A stretch of 35,643 bases of DNA from Octopus sinensis (taxonomy: Eukaryota): assembly GCF_006345805.1 (NCBI RefSeq), contig NW_021826259.1, positions 1-35,643 of the forward strand, given 5' to 3'. Below, piece after piece: positions 1 through 11,367 of the stretch; the first letter of the stretch is position 1, and the number at the start of each line of letters is the position of its first letter. Made by a program: the position numbers and the translations under genes. The notes beneath the pieces are model-generated. The model was given only the letters and a program-made list of their open reading frames with translations, had not been told where the DNA came from and made no database searches.

Positions 1-1033
1 AAATGATGATGATGAATGGAGACAGGCAACTGAATAATAAAAAAAACGATGATTGTGCTAATTGTTTCTGATTTTGATACAAAGCCAACAGTTTTTTTGG
101 CAGGAGAGGGCAGTCGATTACATTAACCCCAGTACGTGACTGGTACTTATTTAATCAACCCTGAAAGGATAAATGGCAAAGTTGATCTCAGAATGTAAAG
201 ATGTGCAAAATGTAGCTCAGCATTTTGTCTGGTGTTCTAACAATAATAATAATAATAATAATAATCTATGCCCTGATGCAGTACCAGGCAGTGGCTCTCA
301 TGGCTTCTGATCTTAACTGATTGGATGTGTTATCATGTACATTGTTTTGTCTTGGTATAAAAGATGGGCTACAGCAAATATTCTGCTCAATACCACAGAT
401 TTGCTTGTCAGTTGTTTGACCGTAACCAGATGATCTTGTCCCTTAGTGGCTGATGATATGTGCATCTCTGATCACGAGCAGAAGTAGTGGGGGAGCATCA
501 TGGCCATGTGTTGAGAGGGATTCTTTGGAGTTTGAATAATTCACTTCTGGAAACATGGGTGGTTCGTTCAACATCCTTAAACAACCCTTATTCATGGACC
601 TTTTGAGAGAGATGGACTACTTGACCTGAAGAAAATTCTAATTAAATCTGTCCGGGGTCAATAAAGTTTCTGACTTTATGCAACAGTTATTAAAGCAGAA
701 TTCTGAACACATCGGAGAAAACATTTGGTGTGGTTTCTTCCAGTTTTATGTTCTGGGTCCAAATGCTGCAGATGTTGATATTGCCATTTCATCCTTTTGT
801 GGGGTCAGTGTAACCAAACTAGCCTGCTCTCTCTCTTAAACTTACTGGCCTTATGTCAAAATTAGGAAAATTATTATTAAAGACTGGTGAACTGGTCAAA
901 TAGCCATATGAAGGCTCCCTAATGAGGATGAGTGATTGATGGTGATGGTAATGATTGAAGATTGATGATGTGATAATGACAATGGTGACTTTTGCTCCAT
1001 CCCTAACATTGTGCCTATTTATTTATCCTTCAG

Positions 1034-1076
1034 ACAGACATTGAAAGAACTACAAGAGAGGTCTTTTATGGAGGAG
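1034..1076 (+). CDS. NAA25: NAA25 internal coding exon (first visible; gene starts upstream of window)
   Basis: cag|...GAG|gtaagg splice sites; encodes QTLKELQERSFMEE and joins the next exon in phase 0; resembles the segment preceding 'TLWLRIRSL' in human NAA25 (from memory). Confidence 0.8.
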
Positions 1077-1527
1077 GTAAGGAACCTTAATTCAGTTTGT
1101 CTATTAATTTTGGCCCCAGTATCAGGAGGGGAATTAACATAATAATCTTAAGTCAGTTGAATCCCTAAACCTCTACATTCATCTACTCCTTTACTAACAC
1201 CCATTCCCACCCTGTCTCCTTACTGTAACTTTCTACCCTAACCTTTTTTTTTTTATTTCAGTTAATCCCTTTCTAACCCTGACAAGCTTCTTTCAACTGA
1301 TCCCTGTCTTCTTCATTTCGGAACCATTCAGTCCACTTTGTCCCATGTTCCCTCCTACCCCAATCTCTGTCTGAACTCCACCCCATTCCCCCTACCCCCA
1401 CCTTACCTGTGTGTCTCTCTCTCTCTCTCACCCACTCATTGTCTCTCTCTCTCTCTCTCACTCACTCACTCATTGTCTCTCTCTCACTCACTCATTGTCT
1501 CTCTCTCTCTCTCTCCCTCGGTTACAG

Positions 1528-1734
1528 AAAGCCTGGCTGAAATTACACAGTTACCTGCTGCGTACGTTGATAGCAGCGATCTACTTGGGTCGTCAGCCTG
1601 ACAGTAGTGCTACTACTACACAGAATGGTACCAGTGCTGTTAGTAAGAGACCAATGGTGCATGTTTTGAGAGACCTTAAGCAATTATTTCAACAACATGT
1701 CGTCGACTGTAAACATTACAAACTCCCCATCAAG
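1528..1734 (+). CDS. NAA25: NAA25 coding exon, 207 nt
   Basis: (CT)n tract + acag acceptor, AAG|gtaag donor; KAWLKLHSYLLRTL...CKHYKLPIK, phase 0-0. Confidence 0.88.
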
Positions 1735-2476
1735 GTAAGCTACATAACTTAACTACAACACCGCTCTCTCTACGTATGTGGCTGTGTGGCTGTAATGCCT
1801 GTCTCTGACTCCCTGCAACTTCCAGGGATGAATGTCATCATGACTGTCTTCATTGTCTGTCTGTGTGTCTTTGAGTAGTTTACTATACGTATGTGTATGG
1901 CTGTGAAACCACAGGGCTTTCAGGTTCAGCCCCACTTGTGGCCCCTTGGGCAGGTGTTTTCTGTTATAGATCTCGGCTGACCAAAGCCTTGTGAAAGGAT
2001 TTGGTGAGCAGAAACAATAAGGAGCACGTATATTTCTAATTTTCTGTCCTTGGGAGAAAATATTACCTTGCTTGGGAACAGGTGAGAGTTGGTGGCAGGA
2101 AGAGCACCCAGCTGTTGGAAACCTGCCTCAATGAATTCCATCTGATCCATGCAGGCATGGAAAAGTGAATGTAAAACTAATGATGTGTGTGTGTGTGCGT
2201 GTTTATGTCTATGCAGAATTTGCATCAGAACTTGTTTATCAAATCTAGGAAGGATCATGCATGAGAGAAGTTGCAGGAAGAAGACTGAGAACCAAATTAA
2301 GCATCCAGCACAGATTAAGGGGTTTGCATTAGGAAGGGCATCCAGCCAGAGAAACCCAGCCATAACAGACGAGTAGAGTCTGAATAGCTCCATGTCAAAT
2401 TGTCCAACCCATGCCAGCAAGGAGAGTGGACGTTAAACAATGATGGTGATGTTATATATATATATATATATATATA

Positions 2477-2808
2477 TAAATATAAAATCATCGTTTAAAT
2501 GTCCGTTTTCCGCGCTAGCACGGGTTGGACGGTCCGACTGGGGTCTGGGAAGCCAGGAGGCTGCACCAGGCTCCAGTATGATCTGGCAGTGTTTCTACAG
2601 CTGGATGCCCTTCCTAATGCCAACCACTCCGCGAGTGTAGTGGGTGCTTTTTACGTGCCACCGGCACAGGTGCCAGGGGAGTCTGGCTGCGGCCACGATC
2701 AGTTGGTGCTTTTAACGTGCCACCAGCACGGAAGCCAGTCAAGGCGGCGCTGGCATTGGCCACGCTCGCATGGTGCTTTTTATGTGCCACCGGCACAGAA
2801 GCCAGTCA
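2477..2808 (-). mobile_element. family D retroposon 3' region ending in (GAT)n
   Basis: GGAAGGGCATCCAGCTGTAGAAAC..GGACGTTAAACGATGAT tail, also at 3300-3455, ~23165-23360 and ~25253-25485. Confidence 0.8.
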
Positions 2809-2816
2809 TATATAAA

Positions 2817-3600
2817 CAGGGTTTTTAAAAAGAATGAACCAATTTTATCACGCAATATTTTAATAAGGAAAAGCAATAGAAAACTCCAGTCACAAGTATT
2901 TACTCACAATCAACTTTTATTTCCTGTCTTCAGGGTTAAAGTGGCCACCACCTGCCGCACAGGCAGTGTCAGTGCAATAAGAGAATTCCCCCCAGACGCG
3001 TATCACCATATCACGATCCACTGAGTTGATCGCTGTTGTTATTTGTTTAAGGTCACCGAGGTTAGTGGGTAGTGATGGAACATAAACCCAATCTTTTACA
3101 TATCCCCATAAGGAAAAAATCCCATGGTGAGGTCTGGGGATCTCGCAGGCCAAGCGCAAAGAGCAAGGCCTTGGGGCCTCTTTCTGACCAATCCATTGCT
3201 GGGGCACTTTTGCATTCAAAATGGCTCGAACCATCAGATGCCAATGGGGCAGTGTTCCATCTTGTTGAAAAATGAAGTCCTGCAAATCTGCTTTCAAATG
3301 GAGTGGTTGGTGTTAGGAAGGGCATCCAGCTGCAGAAACACTGCCAGATCAGACCGGAGCCTGGTGCAGCCTTCTGGCTTCCCAGATCCCCGGTCGAACC
3401 GTCCAACCCATGCTAGCATGGAGAACGGACGTTAAACAATGATGATGATGATGAAGTGAAGAGCCAGGTTTGGAGCATATTGAGGTAGGTCTGTCCTGTA
3501 ACGGTGTTTCCTTCAAAGAAAAAGGGACCATAAACCTTGTCTTGAGACGTTCACCTTAGGAGAATCTCTTACATGCTCAACTGTTTCATGTGGGTGCTCT
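2817..3600 (-). mobile_element. 3' half of a decayed Tc1/mariner element (rosa/DD41D-like motifs), interrupted by a SINE tail
   Basis: minus-strand peptides EHVRDSPKVNV, VYGPFFFEGNTVTG, FIFQQDG, WPARSPDLT, LWGYVKD; terminus CAGGGTTTTTAAAAAG at 2817. Confidence 0.85.
3300..3455 (+). mobile_element. family D tail inserted into the transposase at 2817-3600
   Basis: splits the peptide between WLFTS and KADLQDF. Confidence 0.85.
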
Positions 3601-3799
3601 GACCTTAAACAGCGATCAACTCAGTGGATCATGATATGCTGATACATGTCTGGGAGGAAGTCTCTCATCGCATTGATGTCACCCGTGCTGCAAGTGGTGG
3701 CCACATAGAACTCTCGTAAGACAGGAAATAAAAGTTGATTGTGAGTAAATACTTGTGCCTTAGCTGGAGTTTTCTATTGCTTTTCCTTATTAAAATATT
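3601..3799 (+). mobile_element. inverted duplicate of the same transposon's 3' end
   Basis: diverged reverse complement of 2854-3054, fused directly to the truncation point at 3600. Confidence 0.8.
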
Positions 3800-3802
3800 A
3801 CC

Positions 3803-3983
3803 TAGGCGCAGGAGTGGCTGTGTGGTAAGTAGCTTGCTAACCAACCACATGGTTCCGGGTTCAGTCCCACTACGTGGCATCTTGGGCAAGTGTCTTTTGC
3901 TATAGCCCCGGGCCAACCAATGCCTTGTGAGTGGATTTGGTAGACGGAAACTGAAAGAAGCCTGTCGTATATATGTATGTATG

Positions 3984-4016
<33 letters not shown>

Positions 4017-4228
4017 TATATATATGTGTGTGTTTGTGTTTGTCCCCCTAGCATTGCTTGACAACCGATGCTGGTGTGTTTACGTCCCCGTCACTTAGCG
4101 GTTCGGCAAAAGAGACCGATAGAATAAGTACTGGGCTTACAAAGAATAAGTCCCGGGGTCGATTTGCTCGACTAAAGGCGGTGCTCCAGCATGGCCGCAG
4201 TCAAATGACTGAAACAAGTAGAGAGTAA
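3803..4228 (+). mobile_element. tRNA-derived SINE family A, full length
   Basis: A box TGGCTGTGTGG, B box GGTTCAGTCCC, central (TA)n, conserved tail; multiple near-identical copies in window. Confidence 0.9.
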
Positions 4229-4455
4229 TGAAATTATATACATGTATGTATACTCACGTATATGTACACACAGTCTAAGGCAATATAAACACCTGGTGCT
4301 GTCTTTAGTTTTAGATTTTCTTCCTTTCGTTTGCTCGTGAGTCTCCTTACCTGAAGCTGTCTTGACTGTCTGCCACATGGGGACAAGCCTACATGTTCAC
4401 GTGGTGCAATCCTAATGTAGCTTCACCCACATGTCGCCTTTGTTTCTATTTCCAG

Positions 4456-4579
4456 TACACCATCCATGGACCCTATCCAACACGGATATCTTCGTATCTC
4501 CTACAAAACCATCACCAAGTATTCCTGCTAATGGTCGAGCATGTTCTTTATATTCACCTCTTGTACGAGAACGGTTTCG
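4456..4579 (+). CDS. NAA25: NAA25 coding exon, 124 nt
   Basis: tttccag acceptor, G|gtaag donor; YTIHGPYPTRISSY matches recalled human 'YPFLGPVPTRM'; phase 0-1. Confidence 0.88.
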
Positions 4580-4936
4580 GTAAGTTTCATTCCATCGTTT
4601 GCACCAAATAACGAGGGTAGTTGCTGGGGGGGTTGAGGGGGGTTTCCTGTGATGGGTGACAACTGACCACAATCTAGTTCAGTACATGTATTTCTTTACT
4701 ACCCACAAGGGGCTAAATTTGAAAAAGTGATGTATCAGTCCCAACAGATGGCAGTGTTTCTGTAAAAGAAATGGAGAAATTCTTGAGCAACAAAGCTCTG
4801 GAAATAGACATAACTTGAATGTGGGGCCTGTAGACAGAAACAATCACTATAATAGTGGTAGCTTTTGAGTATGGTCAAAAATCATACAGGTAAATATATG
4901 GCCAAAAGACCTGGATTTATGAATGTACATAATATA

Positions 4937-5169
4937 TATTTCTTTACTACCCACAAGGGGTTAAACAGAGAGGGGACAAACAAGGACAGACAAACGGATT
5001 AAGCCGATTATATCGACCCCAGTGCGTAACTAGTACTTAATTTATTGATCCCGAAAGGGTGAAAGGCAAAGTCGACCTTGGCGGAATTTGAACTCAGAAC
5101 GTAACGGCAGACGAAATACGGCTACGCATTTCGCCCGGCGTGCTAACGGTTCTGCCAGCTCGCCACCTT
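4937..5169 (-). mobile_element. interspersed SINE-like family C
   Basis: AAGGTGGCGAGCTGGCAGAA..GTTCTGAGTTCAAATTCCGCCAAGGTCGAC motif recurs at ~61-240, ~8323-8745 (two tandem copies), ~22880-23035, ~29625-29818 and ~35205-35420. Confidence 0.8.
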
Positions 5170-5488
5170 TTCAGTATATTTGACACATAATTAATGATCC
5201 TTGTTAACTATCTGTGACTTGTAACACAGTCAGGCCTCTGTGTCACAGGACACCTCTTTTGATGAATGCCTTGGCTGTTACACTAACCCAAGCATGGGGG
5301 AGGGCATGGGTGTGCGGTTAAGCAGTTTGCCTTGCAACTACATCGTCTAGGGTTCAGTCCCACTGTGCGGCACCTTGGACAAGTGTCTTTTACTATCGTG
5401 CCCCAGGACAATCAATGCCTTACTCCTTGTGAGTGGATTTGGTAGGCAGAAACTGTAAGCAGATTCTCGTAGAAGAATGTGTGTGCAT

Positions 5489-5691
5489 TCTTTTATTTGT
5501 TTCAGTCATTTGGCTGCGGCCATGCTGGAGCACTGCTTTGAAGAGTTTTTAGTCAAAGAAATCCACCCCAGGACTTTTTCTTTGTAAGCCTAGTGCTTAT
5601 TCCATCAGTCAAACTGCTAAGCTACAGGGATGTAAACACACCAACACCAGTTAAGCGATGATGTGGGAGGCAAACGCAGACACACACACAC

Positions 5692-5729
<38 letters not shown>

Positions 5730-6010
5730 TTAGCTGAACCGCTAAGTTATGAGGACATAAACATACCAACATCGGTTGGCAAGTGATGGTGGTGGGGGAC
5801 AAACACACACACACATATATATATATATACATACATGTACATATATATGACGGGCTTCTTTCAGTCTCCACCTACCAAATCCACTGACAAAGCTTTGGTC
5901 GGCCCAGGGCTATAGTAGAATACACTTGCCCTAGGTGCCACGCAATGGGACTGAACTTGGAACCATGTGGTTGGGGAGCAAGCTTCTTACCACACAGCCG
6001 TGCCTGTGCC
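5489..6010 (-). mobile_element. SINE family A
   Basis: diverged reverse-complement copy with expanded (TA/CA)n centre. Confidence 0.8.
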
Positions 6011-6213
6011 ATCTGTACACATGTGCATAGATGTAAGTATTCCAAGGTTTTGCTGATGATTTGATGTTTCCTGTTGCCATTCCTTTTTAAAATAGGACAA
6101 CTGGTGTCTCTCTTTCTCTCTCCCTCTGCTTTTGAAGTCCTCTGGAATATATAATCCCTTTCTTGAAAAACGGGGGAAGAATTGGCAACAGGAAGAGCAT
6201 CCTGCTTCAACTG

Positions 6214-6595
6214 GAAGCACTCCGTCGGTTACAATGACGAAGATTCCGGTTGATCCGATCAATGGAACAGCCTGCTCGTGAAATTAACGTGTAAGTGGCT
6301 GAGCACTCCACAGACACGTGTACCCTTAACGTAGTTCTCGGGGATATTCAGCGTGACACAGAGAGTGACAAGGCCGGCCCTTTGAAATACTGGTGCAACA
6401 GAAACAGGAAGTAAGAGTGAGAGAAAGTTGTGGTGAAAGAGTACAGCAGGGATCACCACCATACCCTGCCGGAGCCTCGTGGAGCTTTAGGTGTTTTCGC
6501 TCAATAAACACTCACAACGCCTGGTCTGGGAATCGAAACCGTGATCCTACGACCGCGAGTCCGCTGCCCTAACCACTGGGCCATTGCGCCTCCAC
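6214..6595 (-). mobile_element. tRNA-derived SINE family B
   Basis: head GTGGAGGCGCAATGGCCCAGTGG; near-identical to 33375-33756. Confidence 0.9.
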
Positions 6596-6711
6596 TACAT
6601 CCCCATCCAACACATTCGAGCAGAGAAATAATGGCTGTTAAATTAACTAAAGTCTGTGCCTGTGTATGAACACGCATATATTTGTATTCATTTCTGTCTT
6701 TTTTTTTCCAG

Positions 6712-6771
6712 ACAAAGCAGATGAAGAGGAAGAAAAACGAATTCAGACAACTGTAGTATCTCTCGTTGATG
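6712..6771 (+). CDS. NAA25: NAA25 coding exon, 60 nt
   Basis: poly-T + ccag acceptor, G|gtaac donor; DKADEEEEKRIQTTVVSLVD; phase 1-1 fits both neighbours. Confidence 0.85.
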
Positions 6772-6865
6772 GTAACATTCTTTTTATATTCTCTCTCTTG
6801 TTACAACCATCTGCCTCTTGCTCTCTCTCACCCTTCTCTAACCCCAATTCTCTCTCCCTCCACAG

Positions 6866-6963
6866 GTCTGGTGTCTAAGCACAAATGTAGTTTAATCAGT
6901 GAAGAGAATGGTAAGAAAACATGGAACCTTACTTTACTGGAAAATCTTGTGCTTTTAGCTGAG
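6866..6963 (+). CDS. NAA25: NAA25 coding exon, 98 nt
   Basis: follows a 94-nt intron; ccacag and GAG|gtgag sites; ...TWNLTLLENLVLLAE matches recalled human 'HPTLLENLVFFVE'. Confidence 0.9.
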
Positions 6964-7117
6964 GTGAGTACCTGCCTACCTACATATATACCTTCCAGTT
7001 TATCAACTCTGCTATCTACCCACCTACCTGCTCATCTACCTACCCAGTTACACATGCACCTACCTGTATACTTAATTGTCCCACCTGTCCACGATCTGTT
7101 GGATGTATCATGTAAAG

Positions 7118-7345
7118 CTACATGGTAGCAAGACATGGATATCGAATGTAGGAGACATGTGGAAGCAGGTGACTAGTGTAGGGTTTTTCAGGTTGTGTAA
7201 TGCTGTAAGAATGAGAGAATGGTAGGACACGAACCAATGGGTGCAGGACAGACAGACAGACTCTAATGGTATGGACGATGAATGGTGGGGCTGATCGTAG
7301 GAAACTTGTCAAGGAGTTGTGTAGAAAAGCTGATCTGTTGATTCT
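7118..7345 (+). mobile_element. degraded RTE-type LINE fragment
   Basis: LHGSKTW (cf. LYGSETW) and RRKLVKELCRKADL-like remnants; heavily decayed. Confidence 0.4.
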
Positions 7346-7646
7346 GTTGTAAGAGAGACCTGTCCTCGTCATTGATAAGCAGTTGGCTGTTGAGTAACCT
7401 GTACCTCCTTGTGGTGCCTATTTGTACTTACCTGGATTAAGCTTTAGTGCAACGCAAATGGTTTATAAACTGTAAACTCATGGACTCAGCCAGCTGCAAC
7501 TCACTCGACTCTGAGTTTGCTTTTTCAGGACAGGATAAGGTCTCTACCCCTTGGGATGATATAAGCTAACCTTCCCTCTTGCAGCAGCACCACAGACAAT
7601 ATGTCCTTGGATGAAATAAGATTCCGCTTCCCCTGTGATGATAAAA

Positions 7647-8025
7647 GGCATTGTAGGTGAGCCAAGGGTTTGGGCCAGGGATCAGGGCATTGTAGGTGAG
7701 CTGAAGGTTTGGGCTAGGGACAAAAGCATTATAGGCGAGCCGAAGGTTTGGGCCAGGGACCAGGGCATTGTAGGTGAGCCGAAGGTTTGAGCCAGGGACC
7801 AGGGTATTGTAGGTGAGTCAAGGGTTTGGGCCAGGGATCAGGGCATTGTAGGTGAGCCGAAGGTTTGGGCCAGGAATCAAGGCATTGCAGGTGAGCCGAA
7901 GGTTTGGGCTAGGGATCAAGGCATTATTGTGAGCCAAAAGTTTGGGTCAGGGGTCAGGGCATTGTAGGTGAGCCGAAGGTTTGGGCCAGGGACCAAGGCA
8001 ATTTAGGTGGGCCAGGGACCAGGGT
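7647..8025 (+). repeat. 39-bp minisatellite, ~9.5 copies
   Basis: unit starts at 7648, 7687, 7726, 7765, 7804, 7843, 7882, 7921, 7959, 7998; consensus GGCATTGTAGGTGAGCCGAAGGTTTGGGCCAGGGACCAG. Confidence 0.95.
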
Positions 8026-8173
8026 TCTGTTGTGGTTTCAAAAACTACTGAAAATATGTGTTTTTTGTTTAAGTTACAATTTGTAAATTGTGATGTTTTA
8101 TATATATTCTCCATTCCATCACCGTCTCTCATTTCGCCGTTTGTAATGTCCGATTTCTCTTCTCCATTTCAAG

Positions 8174-8284
8174 ACCATCTCACATATTACCATTCTGGCA
8201 GCTGTCTGCCATCGTATATTGAAACCCATGAAGACATCTTGGGTGAAGAAGAACAAAAAGAAGAAAGAATTAAATATACCCCAG
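8174..8284 (+). CDS. NAA25: NAA25 coding exon, 111 nt, with the basic lysine cluster
   Basis: pyrimidine tract + aag acceptor, CAG|gtcag donor; TISHITILAAVCHRILKPMKTSWVKKNKKKKELNIPQ matches recalled 'TISVILW...LRPYK...KKKKKKKE'. Confidence 0.9.
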
Positions 8285-8322
8285 GTCAGTGGATTTTGTT
8301 CACATTGTGTGTGTGTGTGGAG

Positions 8323-8745
8323 TAGAATTCTTGGAGGATTTTGACAAAATGTGTTGCCGGATTTCTTCCAATTCTTTACGTTCTGAATTTCAATTCTGCC
8401 AAGGTCAACCTTTGCCTTTCATCCTTTCACGGTTGATATATTAGATACCAGTTGTGCACTGGAGTCTTTGTAATTGACTAACCCCCTCCCTTCGAATTTC
8501 ATGCCTTCAGCCTTTGGTAGAAAGGATTATTATTATTAAAGGTGGTGAGCTGGCAGAATGCTTAGTGGCATTTCGTCCATCTTTATGTTCTGAGTTCAAA
8601 TCCCATCAAGGTCGACTTTACCTTTCATCCTTTCAGGGTGATGAAATAAGTACCAGTAACGTACTGGGGTTGATATAAATTGACTAGCCCTTCTCCCAAG
8701 ATTTCAGGCCTTGTGTCTTCAGTAGAAAAGATTATTATTATTATT
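8323..8745 (+). mobile_element. two tandem family C copies, each ending in (ATT)n
   Basis: repeated GTTCTGAGTTCAAAT..GTCGACTTT..TTTCATCCTTT cores. Confidence 0.75.
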
Positions 8746-9262
8746 ATTCAATAGTCTTATTTTTATTACATGTTTCCACTGCCTTACTTGAAGGCAGCTT
8801 GGTGTGACTTGGCTTTCTGCTCTGCTTTGTTTTGCTGGTGGTATTTCTACTGTGTCAAAAGTGCTTTGTGTGTGTGTGTGTGCCTGGTAGTGCAGTTTTC
8901 TCTATATTATATACATTCATAAACCCTGGTATTTTGGTTATATATTTACCTGTACGATTTTTGACCATACTCAAAAGCTCCTATTATTATAGGGATTGTT
9001 TCTGTCTCCGGGCCCCACTTTCAGTTCGTGCACTGCAGAGTTCAAGGCCAGCCTGTGCCAAGCGATTTCACTTTGCATGCTTTAGCTTCATCACTATGGC
9101 AACAGTCCAGATACTTATTGAACAGACTTCATATCTTTGTACACACACACACACACACACACACATGGGCAGTCTAGTAAACCATTGCATGTCCGTGTGG
9201 GGATACAATTTGTCAACGTCTATCATTCTGCTTATCGTTTTGTGTCTTCTGTTGTTTTGCAG

Positions 9263-9412
9263 CCAAAAACCTTTGAAAATTTCAACAACCTAACAGCAAG
9301 TTTGGAAAAGTCAACGCACGAACTCCATAAAGCTGTCACAGATATTAATCCAGTGTTTAAGTTATTGAATTTACATCATCTCAACTTGACTGAGAGTATC
9401 TCTTCGGAAGAG
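9263..9412 (+). CDS. NAA25: NAA25 coding exon, 150 nt
   Basis: ttttgcag and GAG|gtgag sites; PKTFENFNNLTASLEK...ESISSEE; phase 0-0. Confidence 0.88.
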
Positions 9413-9657
9413 GTGAGTCTGTATATATATGTAAACAGTGTGTGCATACACACACTTTCACACACACATATTTGATGGCATTGCAAAACACACTTTTTAT
9501 CGTGAAAAACAGGGTTTCCAAAAATCACCCCAGGTCCTTTATGCAAATTTGGCTTATTACCTGTTTTAATGCACTAAAAGAAAGAAACCTTTCGTCCTGA
9601 ATTTGGGATGCCCTTTTTTATACCATCAAATGTGTGTGTGAGGGTCTTTCGCTTTAA

Positions 9658-10094
9658 CCCTTTGGCATTCAGTCTGTGAAGTGTAACACTTTTTTATTTG
9701 TTTTGATTTAACCCTGCATTATCTTGTAGCTTTGAGGTTTCAATAATGTTATTGCTCATTTTTAGAATAACAGTGTAGCGCAAGTGGAGCAGAGAATCTG
9801 CATCAAATTTTGCCAAAAGCTTGGTGATACCTGCTCAGAAGCCTAAGCAAAGTTTTCAAAAAGTTTTCATCTTTCTCGACACAATCAAGGAAACCCGAGT
9901 GTTTTTTTGGTCAGATGGAAGCAGTTTTGGCACAAACTTGGCAGACACACGTCTCATACTCAAATCTTCAGAACCGTAACTAATCTGTACATCCTCTGAT
10001 AACTCATGGATGGTGAGAGATTAGATGCAGCCAGTTTGAATGTAATACAGGGAGAATATTTGTGCTGGATTTTGCCAGTTTAAATGCTAAATGG
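9658..10094. mobile_element. piggyBac-like non-autonomous element hosting the mariner fragments
   Basis: TTAA|CCCTTTGGCATT ... AATGCTAAATGG|TTAC termini; related sequence at 22089-22214 and ~19550-19740. Confidence 0.5.
9781..9975. mobile_element. two head-to-head mariner transposase fragments
   Basis: + strand QVEQRICIKFCQKLGDTCSEA (N-terminal HTH); - strand EDLSMRRVSAKFVPKL and DCVEKDENFLK. Confidence 0.75.
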
Positions 10095-10559
10095 TTACAC
10101 TATTTTTAACAGTGGTATTTATGTCTTGCTGGTATGTGTGTGTATATATATATATATATAAGAATGAATGTTTTTATATATAATGAACGTGAAATACAGG
10201 AAGGGACGAACACGGAACACAAACAAATCATTCGAAGCCTTCAATCTTCAGTCAGACACCGAATCATCATAGCAAATTTCGGCTGTTCAATTCTGATATT
10301 TGCTCCAACTCGGCCAGCCCCAAGAAAAAAAACTAAGCTGTAAGCATTAGATTTCTTGGTAGAAGACAGGAATGTGAACGCACAAGACGGATGTGAATAC
10401 AAGAGACGAAAACGAAATTGAAAACAGTAATGAAAAAACAAAATGTATATAACGGTGGTTGTCATACGACTTTAGACCAAATGAGACAAAACAACAACAA
10501 CATAGCAGCTGGCGTAGAAATAATTACCGTTTCGGTAGCGGGGACACATGTTGGTCGAG

Positions 10560-10603
<44 letters not shown>

Positions 10604-10973
10604 TCATCATCGTTGTTGTTGCTTAACGTTCACTTTCCATGCTGGCAAGCTGGGAGGTTGCACCAGGCTCCAATCTGACTGGAGCCTGGTACAGCCTCCC
10701 AGCTTGTCTGTTCTCAGTCGAACTGTCCAATCCCTGCCAGCATGGAAAGCAAATGTCACATAACGATGATGATGTTGATGATATATAAAATTGGCTTTAT
10801 GTGGAAATCTTTGTTCAGTGACTTACGTACCTTGTGCTCGGCTAGTCTAGAAACAGCTGTTAAGGAGCTTTATGCATTATTTCTCAACAAATCTGTAATT
10901 CAGTTTGAATTAAATGCTTTGTGTGATCATCTTTTCTTTTATTTATATTCTCACCATTGATCTATTTTTTTAG

Positions 10974-11096
10974 GAGGATGTTGCCATGGAGATGATGATG
11001 TGGAAGAGAGTTGAAGAGAGCTATCAACAGTCTGCTCACCAAGTCACGGACCTTTTACATCACAAGCTGGAGTACCTCAGTTCTCTGCATCTCTGA
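10974..11096 (+). CDS. NAA25: NAA25 terminal coding exon (TGA at 11094-11096)
   Basis: ttttttag acceptor; EDVAMEMMMWKRVEESYQQS...KLEYLSSLHL*, resembles the NAA25 C-terminus 'KVQSSYLHS...KKRLE'. Confidence 0.88.
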   Translation, partial: EDVAMEMMMWKRVEESYQQSAHQVTDLLHHKLEYLSSLHL

Positions 11097-11326
11097 ATAC
11101 CCCCACCACCACCTCCAGCCAAACACCACCACCACCACCTCCTTCCTCTACAATTGCCATCACCACCACCACTTCAGGTAGCAGTTGCCATGCAGTGGAG
11201 AGAACCACATCCCCTCTGCCCCACCCAGCTCGCTCTCTGATTGTATCTCCTCACACCCTCACTCTCAAACTACCACCACCACCACCACCCCTACCACTAT
11301 TCTGTCCGCTCTGGCAGCAGCAGCAG

Positions 11327-11367
<41 letters not shown>

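Noticed and set aside
262-650. Probable old interspersed repeat after (AAT)n
   Set aside because: No second copy or diagnostic motif within the window, so it cannot be supported here
4690-4966. Duplicated TATTTCTTTACTACCCACAAGGGG (near 4690 and 4938) as LTR or TSD
   Set aside because: It is the tail of SINE-like family C; no LTR termini or internal coding sequence
7647-8025. 39-bp repeat as a CRISPR array or a 13-aa coding repeat (PWPKPSAHLQCPD)
   Set aside because: Units are contiguous with no unique spacers, the DNA is eukaryotic and intronic, and the frame has stops and a 38-bp unit
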